64,000 nt of DNA from Picochlorum sp. SENEW3 (Eukaryota): NCBI GenBank assembly GCA_034226945.1, contig CP120464.1, positions 620,001-684,000 of the forward strand. The letters are read 5' to 3'. Positions 11,121-23,056 of the stretch are shown piece by piece; the stretch's first letter is position 1, and the number at the start of each line of letters is the position of its first letter. The position numbers and the translations under genes are program-made. The notes beneath the pieces were generated by a model, which was not told where the DNA came from, ran no database searches, and saw only the letters and a list, made by a program, of their open reading frames with translations.

Positions 11121-12191
11121 ATGCGGCCAGGAGGAGGCTCGATTGGAGGTCCACCTCACCCGAGATTTCCTTCGCAAACTGCACCTGTTGGGGCAGCAAG
11201 GCATGATTCACGGTACGGAGGAGGACCAGCGCCATATGATACTCACATGAGGCACCCAGCTGGAAGAGGAGGGTATCCAGGAGGAGGACCACCACCTCAC
11301 GCAATGGGAGGCATGGGAATGCCAGCCTATGGTGCACCACCGGGAGGGCCAGGAGCTCGTTTCTGTGTTATTAAACTCAAGGGATTACCATTTGGGGTGA
11401 AGGATTATGAAATTGGATTGTTTCTGGTGGGTATTATTCGTTGTGATAGTACAAGTTTGCCTTTTTCAACATGTTCCTTCTGGGGGTGAACAGTGGTCTT
11501 GATTTCGGACTGTGTGTGCACTTGGAGTAGCATGACGGAGATATCTCACCATGTATGTGGTTTGATGTAGGGTGTGGAGCCTTTGGACGTGGTCATTGGG
11601 ATGAGGAATGGCAGACCCAGTGGGGAGGCGTACGCTGTGCTGACCCACCCTGCAGAGATGGATATTGCTCTGAGAAAGAACAAGGCATACATGGGGACAC
11701 GATATGTCGAGGTGTATGAGGCGAAGAAGATGGATTACTATAGGTCCATTATTGATGTGTATTCTGATGGCAGAATGGTACGGGCTAGCTCCCAGCAGCA
11801 GCAACAGCAAAAGCGAGGAGGGAGGAGCAGGTCCAGATCTCCTGTCAGCCGGAGGGGATCTAGGCAGCAGAAAGATACTCCCGTAGAGCCTGCAACGACG
11901 CCAATAGTAAAGCTTCGTGGTCTCCCATTCAGTGCTGGTCCTGAGAGGGTGCTGGAGTTCTTTGATGATCCATCTTTAGAGATTCCTAGCCTCCCTCCTC
12001 TGGACAAGGTTTTAATTGCAACGGGGCCGGACAAAAGGCCAACTGGGATGGCATTTGTCGAGTTTGAATCCATTAATATAGCAAATAAAGCATTGAAGAA
12101 ACATAAACAGTCAATGGGGAACAGATACATTGAAATTTTCCCTGCGACTGAGGATGATAGGGCTCGCTTTCTGCCAGTGGAGCATTCATGA
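11121..12191 (+). CDS. hnRNP F/H-like quasi-RRM RNA-binding protein (intron ~11428-11570)
   Basis: VIKLKGLPF; GRPSGEAYAV...YMGTRYVEVY; VKLRGLPF...MGNRYIEIF. Confidence 0.85.
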
Positions 12192-12193
12192 TA

Positions 12194-12943
12194 TTACACA
12201 GCTGTTTTCAGTCGTTTCAATATGTAAATGTGTATTAATGGATGAATGTATTGTTTATCCATTTTTGAGGAAGGCACCTTTTTCATGGAGAAGTGCTTAC
12301 TAAACTTGCTCATGAACTCTGCATGCACTGATTCACTTCTGAATTCGTTGCACACAAGACCAATGCTCCGTGGCCCAAACAATGCCTGCACGGCGTCTAA
12401 GAACATAGATACACTATCCTCATTATAGACACAGTCAGCAGCGACGACGTAGTCCGCTGGAGGCGAAACCCTTTCAAAGTGGCTTGGGATGGACCAGTCA
12501 AGTTCAACTACATTGACTTGACCTACAGCACCTGCCATCTGCGATTGGTTCAATCGAAGCGTGGCAGGAGATAGATTATACTCAACGTTATGGCGTAGTG
12601 TGTCCAGCACTGCATCGGTAATGTCGGTCAATGTGACGTGAGCTCCTTGAAGAGCAAAACTCATGCCAACCAGCCCAGAGACACCAGCGCCCAGTTCGAC
12701 AACCGTCTTCCCCTTCACCCGAGATTTGCCAGAGAAATTCTTCTCTACATATTTAGCTAGCACGATTGATGCATCCCACACCGTCGTCCCCAGATTGCGG
12801 CTACAGGGGTCCTGTCGTAGAACAATCTGTGACCCAAACATGTCAACAGTCACCTCCCTGCTCTCACTCGAATTGAAGCGATCCTGCCCGAAATAAGATT
12901 GAATGTATTTTTTATTCTTTTTATTAGATTCATTGCAGTCCAT
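12194..12943 (-). CDS. METTL21/family-16 protein-lysine methyltransferase
   Basis: GTTVWDASIVL, VVELGAG, LTD, LDW and AADCVY motifs. Confidence 0.88.
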   Translation of the reverse strand: MDCNESNKKNKKYIQSYFGQDRFNSSESREVTVDMFGSQIVLRQDPCSRNLGTTVWDASIVLAKYVEKNFSGKSRVKGKTVVELGAGVSGLVGMSFALQGAHVTLTDITDAVLDTLRHNVEYNLSPATLRLNQSQMAGAVGQVNVVELDWSIPSHFERVSPPADYVVAADCVYNEDSVSMFLDAVQALFGPRSIGLVCNEFRSESVHAEFMSKFSKHFSMKKVPSSKMDKQYIHPLIHIYILKRLKTAV

Positions 12944-13411
12944 CGTGGCTTCATGTATTCGTTCAAATCAAAGCAGTCACATGCGTTGCTTGCTTTCTCT
13001 CCCAGGTACTCATTACGAGATCAGAATGGCACATACTATTATTATTTGCTAATGAATTATTTGATAATGACGCTCTGTGTACATTCACTCTGGACGTGTC
13101 AGTGCATTGCGACAGATCTCTAGAGATCTCTAAATAGGTGATCACTTGCTGCTGCTGCTTCGATCAAATCATACGGTGTCGACGCTTCATATTGGAGAAA
13201 GATTGGAAATTTTACTTGTAAGGAATATTCTTTATAGCTTATCTTGGGATAATGGGTATCCCCATGCACATATTTTTTGAACACGTCGAAACCGCGGGTC
13301 CCTCCCTGCCGACGTTGACACGGCTGGGAGTGTGTATTCGTCGGAATCTCAAGTAGTTACGAAATTCAACCAATAGAATTATTATTTTGAATTAGTTTAC
13401 CTGCGGGGAGA

Positions 13412-16400
13412 ATGCTAGGTGGGGCTTACAGAGCCTGGGTGATTCTGATATGCCTCGCCTGTTGCTTGGGTGTGGACAAGCGTAGGGGATGTCCTTTGAA
13501 TGGTGTTGGTGTTGCGGCAGCTGAAGGATCTGCACAGGGTCCTGTTGCTGGAGGTCCATCCGTAGAAATTCCGGAATCGCCTCAGTCCTCAACGGAGCCT
13601 GAAGCGCAGCCTGCCCCTGTTCCTATACCAGAGCAGGAAGTGGAGGTTCCTGCTCCAGAGCCTACAGTAGAGATCCCTGCACCGGAGCCTACGATAGAAA
13701 TTCCTGCACCAGAGCCTACAGAAGAGATCCCTGCACCGGAGCCTACAGTAGAGATCCCTGCTCCAGAGCCTACAGTAGAGATCCCTGCACCAGAGCCTAC
13801 GATAGAAATTCCTGCACCGGAGCCTACAGTAGAGATCCCTGCTCCAGAGCCTACAGTAGAGATCCCTGCACCGGAGCCTACAGAAGAGATTCCTGCACCG
13901 GAGCCTACGGAAGAGATTCCTGCTCCAGAGCCTACGATAGAAATTCCTGCACCGGAGCCTACAGAAGAGATTCCTGCTCCAGAGCCTACGATAGAAATTC
14001 CTGCACCGGAGCCTACAATAGAGATCCCTGCGCCTGCCCCCCTGCAGGGTCCAAGCATTCCTCCTGAGATGGCTCCAAACTACGAAGAAGATGATTCGAT
14101 CGTGAAGGGTGAGATTATTGTCAAAGTGAAGCCACAAGAAAATCCCTATGCTTTGAATCTAGATGTGAAAAAAGTGCTCGGTGGTTTGGGTCAAACATTT
14201 GCTGTCGCAAAGGTTCCTCAAAATGAAACCATTGCATCCACCTTGGTGAAAGCTATGTCTCGTCCAGAGGTAGAGTACGCAGAGCCAAATCGAATATGGA
14301 AGGCAAATGTTGTCCCAGGTGACAGCGAGTGGTCCTCACAATGGAACATGCGCAAAATACAGGCTCCAGAAGCATGGGATGCGCAGAAAGGATCAAACAC
14401 AATCTCTGTATGTGTGATTGATACAGGTATTGACTACAATCATGCAGACTTGGAAGCGAATATGGCTGCAGGGGCTTTGAAGCAAGGGTTGAATGCAATC
14501 ACAGGCCAAAATGATTGCATGGATGGCAATGGCCATGGAACCCATTGTGCTGGTGTGATTGGAGCTGTCACAGATAACAGCATTGGTGTTGCAGGTATAA
14601 ATTGGAATATTCAACTGATTGGCTGCAAATTCTTGAATGCCGCTGGGTCGGGATCAACACTCGATGCTATCGAATGTCTTGATTGGTGTGTCAATACAGC
14701 AAACACCAAAATTTCAAGCAATTCTTGGGGTGGGGGTGGATACTCGACAGCACTTTATGATGCTATTGAAGCAGCTGGGCAGAATAAGAATCATTTGTTT
14801 GTTGTAGCAGCAGGGAACAGCTTTCTCAATATAGATAGCAATCCAGAATATCCTGCAGCCTATGATTTGCCCAATGTGCTTCCTGTGGCATCCACTGATA
14901 GTGAGGATAAGCTGTCTTACTTTTCAAATTACAGTCCTCGCATTGTTCCTATCGCAGCGCCTGGATCATCAATTCTATCCACTACACCAAATAATGGATA
15001 CTCGATCTATTCGGGTACCTCGATGGCGTGTCCTCACGTGGCTGGTACTGCTGCCTTGATGTTGGCGGCAGATTCATCCTTGACGTATTCCGAGATAATT
15101 GCATATATGGTTCAGGGTGCAGACCAGATCGCTGATCTGAATCAATATGTGGCTGGAGGCAATCGTTTGAATGTCTGGGGAGCAATCAATGCTACTGCAA
15201 GTGGGCAACCTATTCCGTCGCCATCACCGCCACCTCCATTACCTTCACCACCGCCACCGGTACCATTAGGTTTCAGTGAAACTGCGACCTTGAGTCCATC
15301 CGAATATCCATTCCTATCGGCTACATTTGATTTGAGCAGTGGTTCTACGGATATTATCAACTCTGTCTTGGCAGAGAAATGTCGCAATGACTTCTCAGCG
15401 AGGCTGCAGTCCAGTCAGTACAAGAAGTTGATTTTTAAATTAGACTTGGCGCAGTACAGTTCCTCTGGAGATTTGGAGGTTGATGATTGTGTGCAGCCAT
15501 CGGGAACTGTGGATACAATGATGATGGTATTTAAATGTCCCGTGGACAGCGGAACCGTGGACTATGCCTCTTGCACATGTTATGACAATGATGATGGTTG
15601 CGGACAAGGTTCAGGGGAGATTGTGTCTGGTGTCCCCTACAACGCAGCAGACAGATATTACACTGTCCTTGTTCCATGGTCACGGTACGTCACCGCGTGA
15701 AATTTTTAAAACTTGGATTATTTTGACAAATATATGCGTCTTTTGCAGTTTTACGTCCTCTGGAGAAGTAAAGGTGGGCATAAAGGATGGGACAATTCAG
15801 TACTCACCGCCCCCACCTCCGCCCAATTCGCCACCTCCACCTCCTGGTAATGTGGGTGTGGTGCCGTTCGATGTCTCAATGACAGCTACTTCTTCGTACC
15901 CACAAATTTCTATAAGCTATGATTTGTCATCAGGGACAACAAATCATGTGGACAAAACATTCCTAGGCGAATGTGCTGAAGATGTAGTCAACTTTTTGCG
16001 AAGTGATCGGAAGAAATTAATTGTTCAAATCAAAGGACTTCCATCTGGAGGATCATTGACAGCTGACAATTGTAATATGACAAGTTCATGGGACTCTGTT
16101 TCGATTGCCTTGTACTGCCCGCAGAATTCAATCTTGTGCAAATGCTATGCAAACGATGATGGCTGTGGGACCTACGCAGGAGCAGACAAAATTCAGAGTG
16201 TGCCATTGGAACCTGGATATATCCTCTACTATATTGTCATGGGATATTCCCCATCAACATCATCAGGGCAATTCAAGATTGGAATGGAAGGATCAAACCT
16301 GGTTTACCCCTCACCACCACCAAATCCACCAAATCCACCAAATCCACCTCCACCAGTCGTAAATCCACCTCCGCCAGTCGTAAATCCACCTCCGCCAGTC

Positions 16401-17759
16401 GTAAATCCACCTCCACCAGTCGTAAATCCACCTCCACCAGTCGTAAATCCACCTCCGCCAGTCGTAAATCCACCTCCACCAGTCGTAAATCCACCAGTAG
16501 TAAATCCACCTCCACCAGTAGTAAATCCACCAGTAGTAAGTCCACCAGCGGTAAATCCACCAGCGGTAAATCCACCAGTGGTAAATCCACCAAGTTCAGG
16601 AGGAGGCGGTGGGGGAGGGGGTGTAATTCCTACTCCCATTGGAGGAGGCACTGATACCCCTAACCCAATACCTCAGGTACCAGAGCCAGACAATGAGGAC
16701 AATACCCCAGAGAGTACACCAGAAGAAGGAGACGGACCACCAGAAGGACAAGAAGACACGCCGGAGCAAGAGTCAGATAGCCCCGAAACCCCAGAACTCA
16801 CCCCAGAGGTTATTGACAAAATCTCTCCAGTTGTGTCCATGAGAGTGAAATTAAAGCTTCCTGGTGACAAGCCGTGCGATTATTTTACAGGTACTGAGAA
16901 GACAGACATTGAATCAAATTTCTGCAAGCGAATGGTGGAGAAAAAGGACCTTGAGAAGTCCAATGTTGAGTGCACAGCATCTCTGAGTTGCTCAGCTGCC
17001 AGGCAGTCAAATTCCGAAGCTTTCATGAAGACGGCATTAAAAGTCATCAATAAAGACTTGAAATCAATTGATTCTGCGAATGAAGCTGCTTCAAATATCA
17101 AATCTTCACTGGAGGATACTGAGCAACTCAATGAAGTGCTCGATGAAGTGATCCCAGGAGCAGGATTGGAGTCAGTGGAGTCCATTGAGGTTCAGGAAGC
17201 AGACTTGCCGCCGCCTCCCCCTCCTTCCCAACCACCACCGCCACCACCAAAATCTTCTCCAACACTTAACCCCCCATCTTCATACACTCCATCATCCTCA
17301 AAGACGTGCGAATATGATGGATACTACACCATCAAGCCACTCTACTCCCCATGTAGCAAGTACTACCTAGCCTACATATATCCCCGCTGCAAATCCACAT
17401 CGGTGGACATGAAGCGATACAAGCAGATAAAGGGCAAACCCAGAAGGATACAATGGCAAATCGAAAGCAAGGAGGGGATCACGTCAATCATTGGCAGGGA
17501 ACGGACGGAGTGCAAGGCTCTTTCTCTGGCAGCCCCAAGCAAGATATCAAAGGGCCTCAGTCTTGGAGGTGCAGCTTGGAAATGGAAGATTATACCAAGA
17601 AAAACATCAGACTGTACCAAAGTCAACCTGTACGCATTTTCTCCCAAGAAAAGAGGATATCTGGCCGTTTCTAGCGTGGAAAATGGCTGCTCCATGTCCT
17701 ATTCCAAGACAAAGAATTCCAAGCCCACAATGTTTAGGCTGAGCAAGAGGACATCGTAG
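13412..17759 (+). CDS. Large secreted S8 subtilase with proline-rich repeats; one gene, with intron 15685-15748 joining the two ORFs (~1430 aa)
   Basis: Signal peptide; VIDTGID, HGTHCAG, AAGN and SGTSMACPHV catalytic motifs. Removing GTACGT..TTGCAG (64 nt) joins the 13412 and 15564 frames in phase. Confidence 0.85.
13649..14026 (+). repeat. 27-bp coding tandem repeat x14 (PAPEPT[V/I/E]EI)
   Basis: Fourteen PAPEPT units counted in the translation. Confidence 0.92.
16310..16592 (+). repeat. Coding tandem repeat, NPPPPVV-type (21-bp unit, degenerating)
   Basis: Repeated aatccacctcc(a/g)ccagtcgta. Confidence 0.9.
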
Positions 17760-17982
17760 CCTCCACCATTGGCAGGGAGAGCTTCATTTCCTCTCACTCA
17801 GGTCACACTATTACACCTTCTTGAAGCAAAATTCTTAGTACCATTTTTACTGTTTCCTGTTTCCTGTTTGTAAATGACTTTTTCAGAGAATCCTGGCATA
17901 AGAATGATCAGTCACACGTGAGGCTGTGAACTTCATACACCTACTATTTATTTATTTAATCCATAATATAGAAAAATCCAAC

Positions 17983-18308
17983 ATGTCACAAATATGGACG
18001 GGAATATTGATGAATTAGACGCCACAGTTCGCCGAGAAATGGCAAGCGTGCTGGACAATTTTACCAAACTCATCAAAGCCTCGCACGTCCCGGGAAGCAC
18101 AACATCTGTAGATCATAACACATATCCTGGAGAATTGCAGCATGTCTATGCAGAAAAGATGCTCCTATCATGCTCATCAATCCTGGAAGTGAGCAGAGAG
18201 CTGAAACGAAGGGCCATTCTGAATGATACGCATCCTTCGTCATACAATTGCGAGAGTATCCTTCCAGTAGCCCCTATAGGAGACAATGGAGTCGATGGGA
18301 TGGAGTAG
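17983..18308 (+). CDS. Mediator subunit MED22-like
   Basis: EMASVLDNFTKLIKASHV...AEKMLLSCSSILEVSRELKRRAILND resembles the MED22/Srb6 pattern. Confidence 0.65.
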
Positions 18309-18552
18309 AGATCATCTCTGTTGGAAGCATGCATATGCATGCCATATGGCACATGACTACCTTGGTAAGTCATGGACCAATTTTTTTTGGTGATGGGGTT
18401 CTGGAATCAAACCCTACTCAGAATCACACGCATTAATATTCGAAAACTTCATAATTGTATATATGTAACATTGGCAGGGATAGATAACAAAAAAACATAT
18501 TGATTCTTACTGTCTTCGAGCTGACCTTGCATGTGATCTCGGCACTCGCGCC

Positions 18553-19806
18553 ATGGCGGACTACAGCTATGGGGCAATATTTGCCTCTGAGGTTATCTCA
18601 ATGATGATGGCTATATATTTTGGAGAATCTGTGATTGCAAATGAGGTCTTATCGAAGACAAAGGGGCGGAGCATGGGTTGGGGTTTTGTTGCTCTAGGTT
18701 TTGGCCTGAGTTTTGGTATTGCGATTCTGACGTTGGGATATATAAGTACTCGAATGAATCCTGCAGTCGCTTTAGCAGAGCTCATCCTTGGTCAGATTAA
18801 TGGCGTGGAATTCGTAGTTATTGTGTGTGGGGATTTTGTGGGTGCCTTTGTTGGAGCGGTGCTTGTGTGGCTTCACTTTTTGCCTCATTTCAAGAACATA
18901 CCCGCGCCGTATACAGAGGATGTCGATCTCTTACTTCTTGGAAAGGAAGGTATTACGACGTCTGCGGTGAGTTTGGCATCGTATAATCCCATGGCATCGG
19001 ATGTGTCTGCCAGGAAGAAGGGGCTGTCCAACATTCAAAGTACATGGGAAGATATCAAATGCTGTTTGAAGCAAGAGTGCGACACGGCCGAGTACTCTCC
19101 TGTCAATTCGGATTTGGTAGAGAAGGCTCTTGGGCATGATGCCATGCTTGGGCATGAAAGCAGTCGTAGGTCGAGCTTGGACCAGGTATCTCATGGCACT
19201 GGGGACATTGAGAACATTGAACATAAACTGCGGCGGCGATCGGCGCAGATCGCCGATGTGCACAATAGATTGCAAGATATGGATCTCGAAGAATATAAGA
19301 ACATGATGATGCGGCAGAAAAATTCCCAGAAGATGCTCGAGTCAAAGAAGGAGTCGCTGGACAAACTGTACAATGCAGCCGTCACTGCCGATCAGAATGC
19401 TAAACTTAGCATCTTTGCAACAAGACCTGCCATATACTCGCCCATCTTCAATTTCCTCACCGAATTTTTGAGTACCACATCTCTTATATTTCCTCTTTTG
19501 ATGATACTGCAGCGATCGAATCAAATGTACGAGGCTCAGGCATTCTTGTATGATGCGCAGCTGGGCCTGTCCGTAGGATTTTTTGTCTTCCTCTTGGTGT
19601 TGGGTTTGGGCGGTCCAACGGCTCTGGCAGCGAACCCAGCGAGAGACTTTGGGCCTCGCTGTGCTCATTTCTTGCTCCCAATACCAGGGAAAGGCAAGTC
19701 CGAATTCTATTATGCGTGGATTCCAATCCTAGCACCATGTTTGGGTGGCTGTGCAGCAGCAGGGTTGTATGCAGCTGTACAAACCATGAACCGCAGCACT
19801 GTTTAA
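18553..19806 (+). CDS. GlpF-like aquaglyceroporin (MIP family) with a large hydrophilic insertion
   Basis: TRMNPAV and AANPARDFGPR (NPARD glyceroporin signature); FATRPAI; YAWIPILAP. Confidence 0.9.
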   Translation: MADYSYGAIFASEVISMMMAIYFGESVIANEVLSKTKGRSMGWGFVALGFGLSFGIAILTLGYISTRMNPAVALAELILGQINGVEFVVIVCGDFVGAFVGAVLVWLHFLPHFKNIPAPYTEDVDLLLLGKEGITTSAVSLASYNPMASDVSARKKGLSNIQSTWEDIKCCLKQECDTAEYSPVNSDLVEKALGHDAMLGHESSRRSSLDQVSHGTGDIENIEHKLRRRSAQIADVHNRLQDMDLEEYKNMMMRQKNSQKMLESKKESLDKLYNAAVTADQNAKLSIFATRPAIYSPIFNFLTEFLSTTSLIFPLLMILQRSNQMYEAQAFLYDAQLGLSVGFFVFLLVLGLGGPTALAANPARDFGPRCAHFLLPIPGKGKSEFYYAWIPILAPCLGGCAAAGLYAAVQTMNRSTV

Positions 19807-19837
19807 TAATACATGCATTTACAATGTTATAATACTT

Positions 19838-21046
19838 CTATTCATGTAACACTAAATCAAGCAACGATTGTGTAAGATACAGAGTATGTTCATTATCAGA
19901 CAGCTTCACCATGTCGCTGGGGGTGCCCATCAAGGCCGAATCGACCCTGCGGCTTGTTTCACCATGCTCTGATACTCCAAAGTACCCTCCGAAAAAGTCA
20001 TGAACTTCAATGATGCACAATTTTGTACGATTCAACCATGATGTATCTGCTTCTGGGCCAAAGATGATGCTTTCTGCCCCCTCGATATCCAATTTCACCA
20101 AGTCAAAAGAGTCAATGCCATGCATCTCCTGCAGATCGGCAACCGAAAATGCCCGTGACCCTCCTTCTTCCACCTTTTGGAACACTCTTCCCCAGTCTCC
20201 ATGATCCCCAACAAGTTTTATATTACCACTCTCATTCCATAGACCACCGTGCACAAGATGAACATTCCCAAGCTCTTTTGTATTCCGTTCCAGAATCTTG
20301 AAATTGACAGGGTCTGGCTCCACAGACACAATAGTAGCATCAGGGAAAAGCATGCGAAGCATGTACGTGGAAAACCCGGCATTGGCTCCGGCATCCAATA
20401 TATTCTTTATACCTCCTCGAGCATAGTCGCTGGAAGAGAAGGGGTACAGAATCTTCAGGTAATGGTCTTGAAGTACTTGTCTAAACACCTCCACATCCGT
20501 GCTGCCAAATCTGAACCAAAACCTTCTCACACAACACACATCCTCTTCCGCACACGGCACCCCACTGACCTGCACTCTGGTCGCTATTGGCTTTCTATTC
20601 TCCTCCATGGATGTCAAGACACTCACAAGGTCAGTTACATTCGTCCCACGAACTCTATCAACAAAGCTAAAACTCCTCAAACCGCTACAGTCTCTCACAA
20701 ATCTGTGCTCAGATCCCTTATCAATTAATACAGTGCTCAATGTGTCATTTACTGGTACAATATCGACGAATCCATCCGATCCGTGAGGGCCACCTCCGGC
20801 CTCTTCGACGGAGCGTTGACCTGAGGCGCGTGTACCGTCGGTGTTGGCCCTTTGTACTACTTTCTGCCTATTACCGACCACAAAACCAATGCATAAGGAT
20901 GTGAATATTAATGAAAGTGCTTTAAGAGGAATTTTACTGGACAAATGCCGCTTTCTGGGAGATCCCTTCTCACCCGAATTCCACGTAGGGATATTTTGAG
21001 TGGAGGAGGTTTTATTCCCAAGGTTAGGAACCATTGTATACCCCAT
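19838..21046 (-). CDS. FkbM-family methyltransferase, type II membrane protein
   Basis: ILDAGANAG, SVEPDPVNF and LVKLDIEGAE; one N-terminal TM helix. Confidence 0.85.
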   Translation of the reverse strand: MGYTMVPNLGNKTSSTQNIPTWNSGEKGSPRKRHLSSKIPLKALSLIFTSLCIGFVVGNRQKVVQRANTDGTRASGQRSVEEAGGGPHGSDGFVDIVPVNDTLSTVLIDKGSEHRFVRDCSGLRSFSFVDRVRGTNVTDLVSVLTSMEENRKPIATRVQVSGVPCAEEDVCCVRRFWFRFGSTDVEVFRQVLQDHYLKILYPFSSSDYARGGIKNILDAGANAGFSTYMLRMLFPDATIVSVEPDPVNFKILERNTKELGNVHLVHGGLWNESGNIKLVGDHGDWGRVFQKVEEGGSRAFSVADLQEMHGIDSFDLVKLDIEGAESIIFGPEADTSWLNRTKLCIIEVHDFFGGYFGVSEHGETSRRVDSALMGTPSDMVKLSDNEHTLYLTQSLLDLVLHE

Positions 21047-21065
21047 ACTATTTATTATTTATTAA

Positions 21066-22940
21066 CTATTCATTTTTACTGAGCAGATTGGTCGGTACTT
21101 GGATGAGGTCGGTCGTTGTTGTCATTCCAGTTGATGCATTCGTTGCAGACGACAGTTCTGGGAGCTGGACAGCCTCCTTCTTCAAGATGGACCTGATATC
21201 TGCTGGGGACAATGTGGGGTCTTGTTGCAGCAGCAATGCAATGATGCCTGTGGCAATGGGAGCTGCCTGCGATGTGCCACTAAATACTGCTGTGCTGTCG
21301 TCAGCTTGGTTGCTGGCGGAGAGAATCATATCACCAGGCGCCCAGAAATCGACACATGGACCCACATTTGAAAAGTCTGCTGGCAGGTCTCCTATATTCG
21401 TTGCTGAGATGACGAGCGTTTCTGGTGTCCGAGAGGGGGAATTAAAACATGCATCTGCTTGAAAGTCGTTTCCAGAGGCGGCTACGATTGGAATATTCAG
21501 GTCATGCTGCATCTTCTCGACAGCAGAGTCGATGGCAATGCTGTCCTTGGACCCTACGCTCATGCTGAGGACTGCGGGTGGCTGATGGCCATATTCCTGG
21601 GTGCGATGCTGAAGATCGTCATACGCCCACTCGAGCCCAGCGAGCAAGGTGCTCACGGAGCCTGATCCGCTGGATCCTATGATCTTAATGGGTATGATTT
21701 GAGCACCTTTTGCTACTCCATAACAGCCCCCTGCGGCAATACCACTGATGTGGGTCCCATGTCCGTTTTCATCACTGATATTTGGTGACGTCACACAGGA
21801 CAAGTCGAACGATCCACTCATGAGTGAATCCAAAGCAGGTTTGATACAGTCAGCCCCGTCACCTGTCCGACCCGTAAATTCTTTGTGTGTTTTACGAATA
21901 CCAGTGTCCAAAATGTATATCAAGACCCCTGAACCGGTAGCATTGGCTCTAAATTGTCCATTCAGTGGCAGACGAGGTTGATCAATTCTATCCAAATTCC
22001 ATGGGACAAATTGGCATGATGACTGCTCTGTATCTACCTCTTGAAGCTGCACGTCGGTATCGACCTCGAAAATTTTTACCGTTTTTACTAGAGAAGATCT
22101 CATCTCTTCTAGGGACGCTAAAGATGAGACATTGATGGTCACGAATGGCCACGATGAGTCTACGAAACCGCCTGAATTTGCTTTACACCTTCCACCTCCT
22201 TGTTCCTCCAGTTCCAAGCAGAATGATTCCAAATCCTGTCGAGAGGCTGATGGAAATAGCTGACCAATCACCAATCTATTTGAGAAAGACTCTGAGCTCT
22301 TTAACGGTTTGTCAGTGGATGATGGCCAGTAGAGTGGAACCTTTCCACCCACAGTTTCTTTGAGATCAATGTTTTGTTCCTCCAAAGAAAGTATGGAGAT
22401 GCTCTGAATTCTCGTAGAATATCCAGTACCAGATACATCTTTAAAAATAATTTGATTCCACTCAAATGCATCCGTCAGATTTAATTGGATGCGACACAAT
22501 CCAGTCATGGGATCAAACATGTTTGCCATGGTGTCCCGTACCTTGACTGGATCACTCCTGATTCCTGTTTCATCTTCCTCCACGAAAAACAAGGACCGCT
22601 GAAACCCGCAATCAAGAGAAATAATCTCAAGGGTTGTTTGACAGGGTTGGTCTGAAAGCGACGGACAGCATCGTGTGCCACAGCCATCAACAACTGAAAC
22701 CTTGTCTCCCAAGAGACGAAATTCTCTACCTCTTTGGACATGTACATACAGAGAGTCCTGCTCTATCGTGGCATTGAACCCTTCACCCGACATTTCCCAA
22801 CCATTTTGAAGTACCTCGTCTCCAGATGTATAGATGAAGTGTCGGTTTCCCTGATCATCCACGCGCAGCTGTCGAGCTGCAGCAATAGATGACATGATGC
22901 AGCACAAGAGAAGACTGTGTGCATATGTCCCCATCCTCAT
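21066..22940 (-). CDS. Secreted proteinase K-like S8 serine protease
   Basis: [23 protein letters not shown] and SGTSQAAP; signal peptide. Confidence 0.88.
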   Translation of the reverse strand: MRMGTYAHSLLLCCIMSSIAAARQLRVDDQGNRHFIYTSGDEVLQNGWEMSGEGFNATIEQDSLYVHVQRGREFRLLGDKVSVVDGCGTRCCPSLSDQPCQTTLEIISLDCGFQRSLFFVEEDETGIRSDPVKVRDTMANMFDPMTGLCRIQLNLTDAFEWNQIIFKDVSGTGYSTRIQSISILSLEEQNIDLKETVGGKVPLYWPSSTDKPLKSSESFSNRLVIGQLFPSASRQDLESFCLELEEQGGGRCKANSGGFVDSSWPFVTINVSSLASLEEMRSSLVKTVKIFEVDTDVQLQEVDTEQSSCQFVPWNLDRIDQPRLPLNGQFRANATGSGVLIYILDTGIRKTHKEFTGRTGDGADCIKPALDSLMSGSFDLSCVTSPNISDENGHGTHISGIAAGGCYGVAKGAQIIPIKIIGSSGSGSVSTLLAGLEWAYDDLQHRTQEYGHQPPAVLSMSVGSKDSIAIDSAVEKMQHDLNIPIVAASGNDFQADACFNSPSRTPETLVISATNIGDLPADFSNVGPCVDFWAPGDMILSASNQADDSTAVFSGTSQAAPIATGIIALLLQQDPTLSPADIRSILKKEAVQLPELSSATNASTGMTTTTDLIQVPTNLLSKNE

Positions 22941-23056
22941 AATGAATTATACAAGAATACATACATAAATAATTTTTTGATACCCAGGTACGGGCCTGAT
23001 ACAGAACGATGAAAGAGAAAGGGGTCACATCGGTACTACAAACTCAACTACTCATG

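Noticed and set aside
13223..13230. Perfect P1BS palindrome GAATATTC upstream of the large subtilase
   Set aside because: An isolated hit to a six-base-specified motif, of which many are expected in 64 kb.
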